The translations under genes and the position numbers were made by a program. A stretch of 64,000 bases of DNA from an uncultured delta proteobacterium (GTDB taxonomy: Bacteria > Myxococcota_A > Polyangia > Polyangiales > Polyangiaceae). The stretch is from positions 256,001-320,000 of the forward strand of contig CAWJCS010000004.1 of assembly GCA_963841435.1 (NCBI GenBank), written 5' to 3'. Positions 1 through 9,413 of the stretch are shown here, in pieces; within the stretch, counting starts at the first letter, position 1; every line of letters starts with the position of its first letter. The notes under the pieces are model-generated. The model ran no database searches and was not told the DNA's origin. It saw only the letters and a program-made list of their open reading frames with translations.

Positions 1-2130
1 AAGAGGAAGATGCCGGCCGCCACCACGATGAGCAGCGCGACGGCGAGACCGGCGATCACGGCGGTCGAGTGGCGCTGTCGGTGTGCGGAAGGCACGGTGA
101 GGGCGCGCTTGGCCGCGACCGCCGTGGACGGCGTGGCCTTTCGGGGGCTCGATGGGCGGTCCGCACGGGGCGCGAGGGACGTTGCCGTGCGTCGCGCCAG
201 GATCTCACGGTGTTCTTCGCTCAGGCCGGTGAGGTCGGTGGCGGTCACGCGGTCCGAGCCGCCCGCGAAGACCTCGAGCCCGGCGATGAGGGCGTGCATA
301 CCGAGCGTGCGCCGTGAAACGTCGCGCTCGAGCCCCTTGTTCACGACGCGGGCGAGATCCGGCGGCACCCAGGGTGCGACCTCGTCGACACGTCGGATCG
401 GATCCGTGCAGATCGACACGATGAGCTCCGCGAGCGACGTCTGCTGACCCCAGAGGCGTCGGCCGCTCAGCGCTTCCCACAGGACGACGGCGAGGCTCCA
501 CACGTCGGCGCGCTCGTCCACGTCCTTCGCGTTGCGCGCCTGTTCCGGCGCCATGTACATGGGGGAGCCGAGCATGCCGCCCGTGCGCGTGAGGCTCAGG
601 CCGAAGCCGCCCGTGCGGCCGTCGATGCGCGTGCGCTTGGCGACGCCGAAATCGCAAACCTTCACCGTCACGTCCCCCGTGTTCTCGGCCACTTGCAGGA
701 ACAGGTTCGCGGGCTTGATGTCTCGGTGAATGATGCCGTGGGCGTGCGCGGCGGCGATGCCGCGTGCGGCCTGGAGCACGACGCGCACCGCCACCTGCGG
801 TTCGAGCGCCCCCTCGCGTTTGAGCACGCTCGACAGATCGACGCCGTGCAAGAGCTCCATGATGATGTACGGGTGGCGCAGCGTTTCGTCGCTGCCCGCA
901 TCGAGCGTCGTCACGACGTTGGGGCTCGAAATCGCGCTCGCCGCCTTCGCCTCTCGCGAGAAGCGCGCGAGGCCCGCTTCCCCGGCATGGCCCCGCGAGA
1001 CGACCTTCGCGGCGAGGCGCCGGCCGTCGCTGGCCTCGACCTCGTAGACGGTGCCCATGCCGCCGCGCCCGATCAGCCGCACCACACGATAGCGAGCGTC
1101 GAGCGTCTGGCCCACGAGACCGAGATCGTCGGCGGGCTTCTGGGGCGGCGCCGGCGCCGGCGTGGGAGGAGGCTCGGAATCGAGGTCGGCGCGGGGCTCC
1201 GCCCGCGTGCGGACGTTGTGCGGCACGGCCGCGAGACCGGCGAAGGCGATGCGCTCGTCGTGCTGTGAAAGGGGCTTGAGCGTCCGCGTGAAATCTTCGA
1301 GCGTTGCCGCGCGGCGCGCCGGGTCGCGCGAAAGGGCGCGGTGCACGACGAGTGCGAGCTCCGCGCTCACCCAGGGCGCTCGATCCTGCACGTGTGGCAC
1401 GTCGTCGGTCGTGACGGCGGTCGCGACGTCACTGGCTGACTCGAGGTGGCCGAACGGTGGGCTGCCCGTGACGAGCTCGTAGAGCACGGCGCCGAGACCC
1501 CACACGTCGGTGCGTTCGTCGAAGGCCTGACCTTCGAGCAGCTGCTCGGGCGCGAGGTAGTCCGGGGGGCTCACGGGTTGGACGAGGCTTCCCGCCGAGC
1601 CCGCGGCACCCAGGCGTACGCAACCGAAATCGGTGACGCGCACGACGAGCTCGTCGTCCGATTCTGAGATCCAGAAACAGGTTGGCGGGCTTGATGCCTT
1701 GATGCACGACGCCGACGCGGTGCGCTGCGTTCACGCCGCTCGCGGCTTGCAGCACCATGCGCACGGCCGCGACGGGGTCGAGCACCCCGAGCTCGGCGAG
1801 CACCTCCCTCAAGGAGCGCGCCACCACGAGCGGTCGCGCCACGTAGGCGAGGCTACGCGCCGCGTCGCTTCCGGAGCCCACGGTCTCGACGAGGTGGGGG
1901 TGCCGCAGCATGAGTAGCGTCGTCGAGTCCCGGAGGAAGCGGTGCCCGACGTCGCCCGAGGAAAACTCGGGGTAGAACACCTTGAGCGCGACGGCTCCCT
2001 CCCGGGCGTCCATGGCCCGAAAAAGGGCGCTCGCCCGGCCCGCTCCCATGAGGGCGTCCAGTCGATAACGTTCTGCAATGGTCGCGCCGATCAGGCCCGC
2101 GGCTCGTGTCGCATCGTCGGCTTCGGTCAC
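1..2130 (-). CDS. Membrane-anchored Ser/Thr protein kinase with tandem domains (N-terminal pseudokinase + C-terminal canonical kinase); frameshift near 1665; 3' end runs off the window
   Basis: GTG start at 2130. Domain 1 has VALK, HQGIKPANLF and, after a 1-nt frame change at ~1665, VRVTDFG, YLAPE, DVWGLG. Domain 2 has IGRGGMGTVY, AAK, HRDIKPANLF, VCDFG, GSPMYMAPE, DVWSL. Hydrophobic segment VIAGLAVALLIVVAAGIFL lies at ~1-63. Confidence 0.88.
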
Positions 2131-2182
2131 GCGATCCGCGAGAGAATAGCGACTCGACCGAGGCTACGCTATCTCTTTCCTC

Positions 2183-3019
2183 GTGACGCACAGAGTGCTC
2201 ATCGTCGCCGGTTCCGACTCGGGAGGGGGTGCCGGCATTCAGGCCGACATCAAGACCATCACGCTGCTCGGCGGCTACGCGGCGACCGCCGTGACGGCGC
2301 TCACGGCGCAGAATACGCTCGGCGTGCACGGTGTCGTTGCCGTCGACCCCGACTTCGTGGCCGAGCAGATGCGAGCGGTGCTCACCGACATCGGCGCCGA
2401 CGCCATCAAGACGGGGATGCTCGGGTCGGCGCGGACCGTCGAGCGCGTTGCCGCCACCTGCCGCGCGTTCGCGCCGGGCGTGCCGCTCGTCGTCGATCCG
2501 GTGCTCTACGCGAAGAGCGGCGTGCCCCTCCTCGAACCGGACGCGCGCGCGGTGCTCCGCGAGGTGCTGCTCCCGATGGCGTCGCTCGTCACGCCGAACG
2601 CGCCCGAGGCCGCAGAGCTGTCCGGGGTGCGCGTGGAGTCCGTGGCCGATCTCGAGCGGGCCGCCGAGAAGCTGCTGCTGCTCGGCGCGTCGGCGGTGCT
2701 CGCCAAGGGAGGTCATCTCGGCGGGGAGCTCGTGACGGACGTTTTGCGCACGGCCGACGGCGCTGCGCTCCGCTTCACGTCGCCGCGCGTCGTCACGCGC
2801 TCGACGCACGGCACCGGCTGCACGCTCGCTTCGGCAATCGCCGCGGGAATTGCCGAGGGGCTGACGCTCGTCAACGCCGTCGAGCGCGCGCGCGACTACG
2901 TGCTCGAGGCGATTCGCACCGCACCGGGACTCGGGCAGGGCGCCGGCCCGCTCAACCACGCCCATCCCGTGCTCGGCCCGTTGGCTCGAGCGGAGCGAGG
3001 CCATGACACGCTCCACTGA
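2183..3019 (+). CDS. thiD: Hydroxymethylpyrimidine/phosphomethylpyrimidine kinase
   Basis: VLIVAGSDSGGGAGIQADIKT, AIKTGML, VVDPV, TPNAPEA, THGTGCTLASAIA, GPLNH. Confidence 0.96.
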   Translation: MTHRVLIVAGSDSGGGAGIQADIKTITLLGGYAATAVTALTAQNTLGVHGVVAVDPDFVAEQMRAVLTDIGADAIKTGMLGSARTVERVAATCRAFAPGVPLVVDPVLYAKSGVPLLEPDARAVLREVLLPMASLVTPNAPEAAELSGVRVESVADLERAAEKLLLLGASAVLAKGGHLGGELVTDVLRTADGAALRFTSPRVVTRSTHGTGCTLASAIAAGIAEGLTLVNAVERARDYVLEAIRTAPGLGQGAGPLNHAHPVLGPLARAERGHDTLH

Positions 3020-4238
3020 GGCGCGCCTCGGCCGGCTGCTGCTCGTCGCGTCGCTCGGAGCGGTGCTTTTCGCCACCGACTGCACCTCGAACCACGACTC
3101 GCTGGCGGCGCGGCCGCGCTCGGGGAGCGGCGGCAGCGCGGGCAGCTCCGCTACGGGCGGTTCGGGAGGGCTCGGCGGCGCCGCGGCTCGCGGCGGCAGC
3201 TCGGCCCAGGGCGGCACCGGTGGCACGGGCGGTAGCGGCGGGAACAAGGTCGTGGAGCCACCGGGCGAAAGCGTGCTCACGCTGCTCCACGCGGTCGTCA
3301 ACACGCCGAGCCTCGCCTTCTGCTTCGCGCGCGACGACGGTTCGGAGACGACGCTGGTCGGCGACCCGCGTCCCGCGGGAGGCCTCGCCTACGGCGCCTC
3401 GCTCGTGTTGGACCAGGTGAGCGGCGTGGACTTCGAACAGCAGGCGCTCGTTCCGTTCGCGCTCGCCGGTGAGCTCGAGCTGCTCGCGGGGCTCGACTGC
3501 GAAGCATCGGTCGCGCTCGCCGAGGCCGAGATGGCCGACGCCACGCGTGCCGCGGCCGAGCTCGCGGGCGGCGCCGGAGGCGAGGGGGGCGCCGCCACGG
3601 CCGCAGGTGCGGGCATGGGTGGCAGTGGAGGCGACGCCCCGAAGCCGCCCCGTCTACGTGTCGGGCGCTTGCCGGCGATCGCAGCGGGCACGCTCACCGA
3701 GGGGTACAGCTTGCTCTTTGCGGCCGTGGGCTGTCTGGGAGGGCCGACCTTCACCACCGACCACGAAAAGGCAATCTGTGGCGAGCTCTACACGCCGCTT
3801 CGCCCGACGCTGTCGGCCGAGCTCGTCCTTTTGTCGCGCAAGACGGCGTCGGGCGTCGTCGGCATGCAAGCTCTGCACGCCTCGACGGCGCTCGGGCAAA
3901 TCTCGATCCGCGCCGTCCCCCCGGACACGACGCTCGAAGCCTGGGCGTCGATCGGCGAGCAGATGACGGAGGGCGCTCTCCGCCCGCTCGAGCCGCGTCT
4001 CGATCTCGCGCCCGCCGGCTACGGCATCGGGACGCGCACCTGGCGCGTTCAAGCGCTCGACAACGGGACCGTCGCGATCTCGGATTCCTGGTCGGTGGTC
4101 CTCGCCCGAAGCGGCGCATCGGACCCGGAAATCGGCCGCGGGTACACGCTCGTCGCGATGGGCCCCAAGAACGACGAAGGCCGCGGCTGGTGGAATGCGG
4201 CGGGGTTCACCATCGTCGACAACGACCCGAGCCCTTGA
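3003..4238 (+). CDS. Hypothetical exported protein/probable lipoprotein with Gly-rich linkers
   Basis: Signal-like N-terminus ending LFATDC, Gly/Ser-rich linker, overlaps the thiD 3' end, high-GC3 codons. Confidence 0.7.
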   Translation: MTRSTEARLGRLLLVASLGAVLFATDCTSNHDSLAARPRSGSGGSAGSSATGGSGGLGGAAARGGSSAQGGTGGTGGSGGNKVVEPPGESVLTLLHAVVNTPSLAFCFARDDGSETTLVGDPRPAGGLAYGASLVLDQVSGVDFEQQALVPFALAGELELLAGLDCEASVALAEAEMADATRAAAELAGGAGGEGGAATAAGAGMGGSGGDAPKPPRLRVGRLPAIAAGTLTEGYSLLFAAVGCLGGPTFTTDHEKAICGELYTPLRPTLSAELVLLSRKTASGVVGMQALHASTALGQISIRAVPPDTTLEAWASIGEQMTEGALRPLEPRLDLAPAGYGIGTRTWRVQALDNGTVAISDSWSVVLARSGASDPEIGRGYTLVAMGPKNDEGRGWWNAAGFTIVDNDPSP

Positions 4239-4292
4239 TCTCGTCATGCGCTGGCGCGCTAGGATCCCGATCATGGCGTACGGTGAGGCAAA

Positions 4293-6101
4293 ATGACCGC
4301 TCGCGAGGGGGTGCTCGTCGAGCGGTTGCCCCGCGAGGACGGGCTCCGGCAGGTGCGCGACCGTGTGCTCCGTGGGGCCCTCGGCTCGCTCGCCATCGGC
4401 GTTCCGTCCCTGAGCGTGCTGATCACGGGCATGGAGCTTTCGCGTGGCACGCTCGGCCCCGTCACGATCGTCCTCTCGCTCTACACACTCGCGTTCCCGC
4501 TACTCAGGCTCCTTGCACCACGGCTGGGCTTCCGGGCGTCGGCGCTCTGTCTTCTCGGGTTGCTCGGCCTCACGGCGTTCTTGATCCAATCGCGCGGTGG
4601 CGTGGCGGTGGGCAGCATCGCGCTGAATTTCCTGGTGCTGTTGCTCGGCTCGGTGTTCTTCGGCAGGCGGGGTGCGGTGCTCGCCTGGCTTTCCGTCGTG
4701 GCGCTCTTCGTGCTGAGTGCCGTCGTGGTTCTGCACGAGGTGGGGCCGCCGCTGACGCTCGCCATGTGGCGGCCGGACCACGCCGGCTTCTGGGTGCGGG
4801 AAACCGTCGCGCTCTGCCTGCTCGGGATCGCCATCGGTCTCACGCAGGTGTTCGTGATCGAACGACTGGCGCACGAGGCCGAACGCGAGCACACGCAGCG
4901 CCTCGCGCTGCAGCAAGCGGAGGCGGCGCGCGAGCACGAACGCGAGCAGCGGCTCATCGCCCAAAAGGCTCTCGAGGAGTCGCGTCGCATCGAGGCGTTG
5001 GCCCGGCTTTCGGGTGGCATCGCCCACGACTTCAACAACGCGCTGACGGTCATCATGGGTACGGCCGGGGTGCTGGCGACCTCGGCCGCCTCCGGCGAAG
5101 TCAAGGCGGCGGCCGGAGAAATCGTGGACGCCGCAAAGCGCGCCGCCGAGCTCACGCGCCAGCTTCTCACGCTCGGGCGGCGGCAAGTGTCGAAGCCGCG
5201 GCCGGTGCCGATGGAGCCGCTCCTCACGCGACTGCAAGGGTCGTTGCAACGCCTCCTGCCGAGCGACGTGCGCGTCACCGTCGAGGTCGCCGACCCGCTC
5301 GTGGCGCTCGTCGACCCGGGCGAGCTCGAGCGCGCGCTGTTCAACCTCGCGGCCAATGCGGGCGATGCCATGGCGGGTGGCGGGGAGCTTCGAATCGTAT
5401 GTCGTCGCCACGCGGCCCTCGCCGACGGCTCGGGTCCCGGGCAGTGCGTCGAGCTCTCGGTCACGGACACCGGCGCCGGCATGAGCCCCGAGGTGCTCGA
5501 CCGCATCTTCGATCCCTTCTTCACGACGAAGGGCGCCAGCGGGACCGGCCTCGGGCTCGCGACGGTGTATGCATTCGCGAAGGGAGCCCAGGGCGACGTG
5601 CTCGTCGAGTCAGTGGCGGGCCGGGGCACGACGTTCCGCCTGCGCCTGCCCGAGGCGATCTTGGACGACGGAGCGGCACACGAGGCGTCGGCGCGAGCCG
5701 CGTCGCAAATCGCGCGTGGGCCTGACACCCACGTGCTCGTCGTCGAGGATCGTGACGACGTGCGCGCCAGCATGCGGCGCATCTTCGCGAGAGCGGGGCT
5801 TCGCGTCAGCGAAGCGCCGAATGGAGCGAGGGCCCTCGAGCTCCTCGAGCGGCCCAACGACTACGCGCTGCTCTGCGTCGATGGAGTCATGCCGGGAATC
5901 GCTACGAGCGAGGTGCTCGAGCGGGTGCATGCGATCGCCCCCACGCTGCGCATCTTGTTGTGCTCGGGGTACCTCGAGGAGGATCTGCTCCGGCGAGGCG
6001 TCGCCGCCGGTCGCTACGCGTTCCTCCAGAAGCCGTTCACGGCGGAGGACCTCCTCCGGAGCGCCGCCGCGCTGCTGGAAGAGGCGACCGCGCCCGTTTG
6101 A
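4293..6101 (+). CDS. Membrane-bound hybrid sensor histidine kinase/response regulator
   Basis: 5-6 N-terminal TM segments, H-box GGIAHDFNN, N-box NLAANAGDAM, DTGAGM, FDPFFTTK, GTGLGL, C-terminal receiver VVEDRDD...VDGVMPG...FLQKPF. Confidence 0.93.
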   Translation: MTAREGVLVERLPREDGLRQVRDRVLRGALGSLAIGVPSLSVLITGMELSRGTLGPVTIVLSLYTLAFPLLRLLAPRLGFRASALCLLGLLGLTAFLIQSRGGVAVGSIALNFLVLLLGSVFFGRRGAVLAWLSVVALFVLSAVVVLHEVGPPLTLAMWRPDHAGFWVRETVALCLLGIAIGLTQVFVIERLAHEAEREHTQRLALQQAEAAREHEREQRLIAQKALEESRRIEALARLSGGIAHDFNNALTVIMGTAGVLATSAASGEVKAAAGEIVDAAKRAAELTRQLLTLGRRQVSKPRPVPMEPLLTRLQGSLQRLLPSDVRVTVEVADPLVALVDPGELERALFNLAANAGDAMAGGGELRIVCRRHAALADGSGPGQCVELSVTDTGAGMSPEVLDRIFDPFFTTKGASGTGLGLATVYAFAKGAQGDVLVESVAGRGTTFRLRLPEAILDDGAAHEASARAASQIARGPDTHVLVVEDRDDVRASMRRIFARAGLRVSEAPNGARALELLERPNDYALLCVDGVMPGIATSEVLERVHAIAPTLRILLCSGYLEEDLLRRGVAAGRYAFLQKPFTAEDLLRSAAALLEEATAPV

Positions 6102-6148
6102 CGCGCGTCGTTCCCAGCTCGGCGCGCTACTGATACGGTCGTCAACTC

Positions 6149-6937
6149 ATGCGTCGAGCGCCCTCGGTTTCATGGGCTTTCGTCACCCGGAGAGCCTTTC
6201 GGGCGCTGTGCAGCGCGGCGCTCGTCGGTTTCCTCGCGCCGGTGGTGCTCACCGGCTGCGAGGAGCGCCATGCCGCGAGCTGCAAGGCCGAGTGCGACGT
6301 GCGCGGTGCCTGCACGGCGAAGAGCGGGCGCTGCGTCGCCACCGACGCCGAGGACTGCACCCGCTCCAAGGACTGCGCGCAGAAGGGGCGCTGTGTGCTC
6401 TCCGGGGAGAGCTGCGTCGCGACACCCGAGCACTGCGCCGCGTCGCCCGCTTGCAGGGACGAGGGCAAATGCGGCGTGTGGCAGGGCGCCTGCGCTCCGA
6501 CGAGCAATGCACATTGCGCGGCGACGGAGGGCTGCCGCACCGACGGCCGTTGCACCGCGCAGGACGGCATCTGCATCCCGCGGGGCGACGACTGTCTCCG
6601 GGCGGAGACCTGCACGCGGTTCGGCCGCTGCGGGGCCGACGGCAGCACGTGCTTCACGGCGTCGTCGAAGCATTGCGAGATGGGGGAGCTTTGCCGGATG
6701 CAGGGCTATTGCACCTACGTTAACGGAAAGTGCGAGCTCACGTCGCGCGCCGACTGCGAAAAGACGGATGGCTGCCGTTCGCTCGGCACCTGCACCTTCG
6801 TCGGCGACACGCAAAAGAGCAGTCTGCGTGCCACCCCCGGCTGTGTCGTCGGCTCGAACGCGGACTGCCGTCAGGCGAAGGCGTGCAAGGAAAACGGAGC
6901 GTGCCGCAAGGGCAAGTCGGGCTGCACGCGCTACTAG
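6149..6937 (+). CDS. Cys-rich tandem-repeat lipoprotein
   Basis: Lipobox VLTGC followed by ~8 repeats of about C-x5-C-x3-G-x-C-x6-C. Confidence 0.8.
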   Translation: MRRAPSVSWAFVTRRAFRALCSAALVGFLAPVVLTGCEERHAASCKAECDVRGACTAKSGRCVATDAEDCTRSKDCAQKGRCVLSGESCVATPEHCAASPACRDEGKCGVWQGACAPTSNAHCAATEGCRTDGRCTAQDGICIPRGDDCLRAETCTRFGRCGADGSTCFTASSKHCEMGELCRMQGYCTYVNGKCELTSRADCEKTDGCRSLGTCTFVGDTQKSSLRATPGCVVGSNADCRQAKACKENGACRKGKSGCTRY

Positions 6938-6994
6938 CGCCGCGCCGGGCGCCGCCGCGGTGCGGAGCAGCAGCGGACGGGCCGGCGCTCGGGG

Positions 6995-7011
6995 TGCGGT
7001 GAATTTTCGCA
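6995..7011 (+). promoter_or_regulatory. Putative RegA/PrrA-type binding box upstream of the regB-like gene
   Basis: TGCGGTGAATTTTCGCA fits the GCG(G/A)-AT-rich spacer-(T/G)CGC imperfect palindrome of RegA/PrrA/RegR sites; same length as the box at 8931-8947. Confidence 0.55.
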
Positions 7012-7063
7012 GGGCGCGCCTTGGCGCGCCCCGGAGCTCGCCGGGGCGACCCGGCGCGGGGGC

Positions 7064-8377
7064 TTGACGGACGCTCGCCGCGCGACGAGAGATTCGCCGG
7101 TGATTTCCAACCTCGAACCGCAGGTCACGCTGCCGTGGCTCGTCAAGCTTCGCTGGCTCGCGGTGCTCTGCCAGGTCGCCGCCCTCGCCGTAGCGCGCTG
7201 GGGTCTCGAGCTGCCCGTCGCCTGGGAACCGTTCGCCTGGATCGCCGGAGTGACGGCGGCTTCCAATGCCTTGCTTTTCTGGTCCGTGAGGCGAGCGCTG
7301 CTCGAGCGTGCTTCGGCCACCTTGATGGGTGGAGCGCTCTGCCTCGACACACTGCTGCTCACGGGTCTGCTCGCGGCCTCCGGTGGATCGATGAACCCGT
7401 TCACGGTGCTCTATCTGGTTCACATCACGCTGTCGGCGGTCGTCTTGAGCGCCCGCTGGACGACGCTCGTCACGCTGCTCGCCGTCCTCGGCTACGGCTC
7501 GCTGTTCCTGACGCCCGTTGACGCGCACGCGTTCCACCACGGCGATGGCCCGCTCGGCGCCCACTTGCACGGCATGTGGATCGCTTTCGTGCTCGCGGCC
7601 GGCCTCACCGCCTTCTTCGTGCTCCGCATCACGGCCGCGGTACGAAGGCAGCACGAGCAGCTCGCGAGGCTGCGTGAAAGCAGCGCCCGCAACGCGCGCC
7701 TCGCCTCACTCACGACGCTGGCGGCGGGAGCGGCCCACGAGCTTGGCACGCCGCTCGGAACGATCGCCGTCGCCGCCCACGAAGCGCTACTCGCGGCGGA
7801 GCGGCGGCCGGACGCCGCCGACCTCGCCGAGGACCTCCGCTTGATTCTGCTCGAAGTCGAGCGCTGCCAGCACGTGCTCGGTCGGATGGCGGCCCGCGCG
7901 AGCGGCTCGAACGACGGCGGACGGACGGTGAGGGCGGACGAGCTCGCGTCCCGGGTGCAGCAGGCCCTCGGAGCAGCGCGCGCTCGCCACGTCGAGCTGC
8001 GGTTTGCCGATCGCCTCGAGCTCGACGCGCCCGCCGCCGAGCTCACGCAGACGATCACGGCGCTCGTCCAAAACGGCCTCGACGCCTGTCCGGGCGACGC
8101 CTCGGTCACCGTCGAGCTATCGAGCAGCGCAACGGGCGTCGAGGTTTCCGTCGAGGATCGGGGCAGCGGCATCCCGGACGCGCTCTTGCAACGCGTGGGC
8201 GAGCCGTTTTTCACGACCAAGCAGCCGGGGCGCGGGCTCGGCCTCGGGGTGTTCTTGGCGCGTGCCTTCGCCGAGAGTCGCGGCGGCGTGCTGCTCATCG
8301 AATCCCGCGAAGGCAGCGGCACGCGGGCGACGCTGCGCCTGCCCAGCTCGTCTCCGGCGACGGCGGAGGCATCGTGA
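7064..8377 (+). CDS. regB: RegB/PrrB/ActS-family redox sensor histidine kinase
   Basis: LRWLA in TM1, quinone-binding motif GGSMNPF, H-box AAHELGTPL, redox Cys in ERCQHVL, DRGSG, PFFTTK, GLGLG. Start could be GTG 7100. Confidence 0.88.
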   Translation: MTDARRATRDSPVISNLEPQVTLPWLVKLRWLAVLCQVAALAVARWGLELPVAWEPFAWIAGVTAASNALLFWSVRRALLERASATLMGGALCLDTLLLTGLLAASGGSMNPFTVLYLVHITLSAVVLSARWTTLVTLLAVLGYGSLFLTPVDAHAFHHGDGPLGAHLHGMWIAFVLAAGLTAFFVLRITAAVRRQHEQLARLRESSARNARLASLTTLAAGAAHELGTPLGTIAVAAHEALLAAERRPDAADLAEDLRLILLEVERCQHVLGRMAARASGSNDGGRTVRADELASRVQQALGAARARHVELRFADRLELDAPAAELTQTITALVQNGLDACPGDASVTVELSSSATGVEVSVEDRGSGIPDALLQRVGEPFFTTKQPGRGLGLGVFLARAFAESRGGVLLIESREGSGTRATLRLPSSSPATAEAS

Positions 8378-8913
8378 CCACGTTGACGAAGCTCACCTAC
8401 CTCGTCGTCGACGACGACGAGCGCTTCCGGGATCGCCTCGTCCGGGCGCTGGCCCAGCGGGGTCACGACGTGCTTTCGGCAGCAAGCCACGCGACGGCGA
8501 TCGAGTGTGCCGCCGCGCACCCGATCGATCGCGCGATCGTCGATCTTCGCATGCCGGGTCCGAGCGGGCTCGAGGTCGTGCGCGCACTCTGCGCCCGCGA
8601 TGCTCCTCCCGTCGTGGTGGTGCTCACGGGCTACGGGAGCATCGCGACGGCCGTGGAGGCGATTCGGCTCGGCGCCAAGGACTATCTCACGAAGCCCTGT
8701 CACGCCGATCGCATCCTTGCCGCCTTCGACGCCGAGGAAGAGCTCGTCGAGCCCCCCGCGTTCGAGATCCCATCACTTGCCCGCCTCGAGCGCGAGCACA
8801 TCGAGCGCGTTCTGCTCGAGTGCGACGGCAACGTCTCGAAGAGCGCGCGCGTGCTCGGGCTGCACCGCCGGACCTTGCAGTACAAGCTCGCGAAATTCCC
8901 CGTTTCGCGCTGA
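8374..8913 (+). CDS. regA: RegA/PrrA/ActR-family response regulator
   Basis: VVDDD, DLRM, LTGYGSIATAVEAIRLGA, YLTKP, SLARLEREHIERVL, Fis-type HTH GNVSKSARVLGLHRRTLQYKLAK; 4-nt overlap with regB. Confidence 0.92.
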   Translation: MTTLTKLTYLVVDDDERFRDRLVRALAQRGHDVLSAASHATAIECAAAHPIDRAIVDLRMPGPSGLEVVRALCARDAPPVVVVLTGYGSIATAVEAIRLGAKDYLTKPCHADRILAAFDAEEELVEPPAFEIPSLARLEREHIERVLLECDGNVSKSARVLGLHRRTLQYKLAKFPVSR

Positions 8914-8930
8914 GCGGCGCGCCCGCTGTC

Positions 8931-8947
8931 TGCGCAAGAATGCCGCA
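8931..8947 (-). promoter_or_regulatory. Putative RegA/PrrA binding box upstream of the cytochrome c gene
   Basis: TGCGCAAGAATGCCGCA (reverse complement TGCGGCATTCTTGCGCA), 35 nt before the ATG at 8983. Confidence 0.65.
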
Positions 8948-8982
8948 CGGCCCTCGCTCCGGAAGCGTGCGAGAAGCGCGGC

Positions 8983-9384
8983 ATGCCATCCGCTCGTGTT
9001 CGATTCGCGGCAGCCGTGCTGCCCGTGCTCACGCTGGTGCTTTCCAGTTGCGGAGGCGGTGACGATGAAGAGGGTGGCCCGAGCGGCGCCACCTGCCCCG
9101 AGTCCTCCGCGCTCACCTACGAGAGCTTCGGCCGCGGCTTCATGGCGGCCTACTGCACGCGCTGCCACTCGGCGTCGCTCTCCAGCAGCGACCGCAATGG
9201 CGCTCCGAGCGACCACAACTTCGACACGCTCGAGGGGATCCTCGACACGCCCGCCGAGCACCTCGACGAGCAGGCCGCCTCGGGCCCCGCGCACACCAAC
9301 ACGTCGATGCCGCCGGACGGTCCTGCGCCGAGCTTGGAGCAGCGCAGCAAGCTCGGCGAATGGCTCGCGTGCGGTACACCGTAG
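8983..9384 (+). CDS. Monoheme c-type cytochrome lipoprotein
   Basis: Lipobox VLSSC, heme motif CTRCH, distal Met in SMPP, C-terminal WLACG. Confidence 0.82.
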   Translation: MPSARVRFAAAVLPVLTLVLSSCGGGDDEEGGPSGATCPESSALTYESFGRGFMAAYCTRCHSASLSSSDRNGAPSDHNFDTLEGILDTPAEHLDEQAASGPAHTNTSMPPDGPAPSLEQRSKLGEWLACGTP

Positions 9385-9413
9385 CTCTGCGCCGCTCGGG
9401 TGCTCCCGGTCGC

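Noticed and set aside
2131..2182. TPP riboswitch before thiD
   Set aside because: Only 52 nt of divergent intergenic space and no CTGAGA core
7012..7031. GGGCGCGCC-TT-GGCGCGCCC hairpin
   Set aside because: All-GC stem with a 2-nt loop and no U-tract; likely by chance at this GC content
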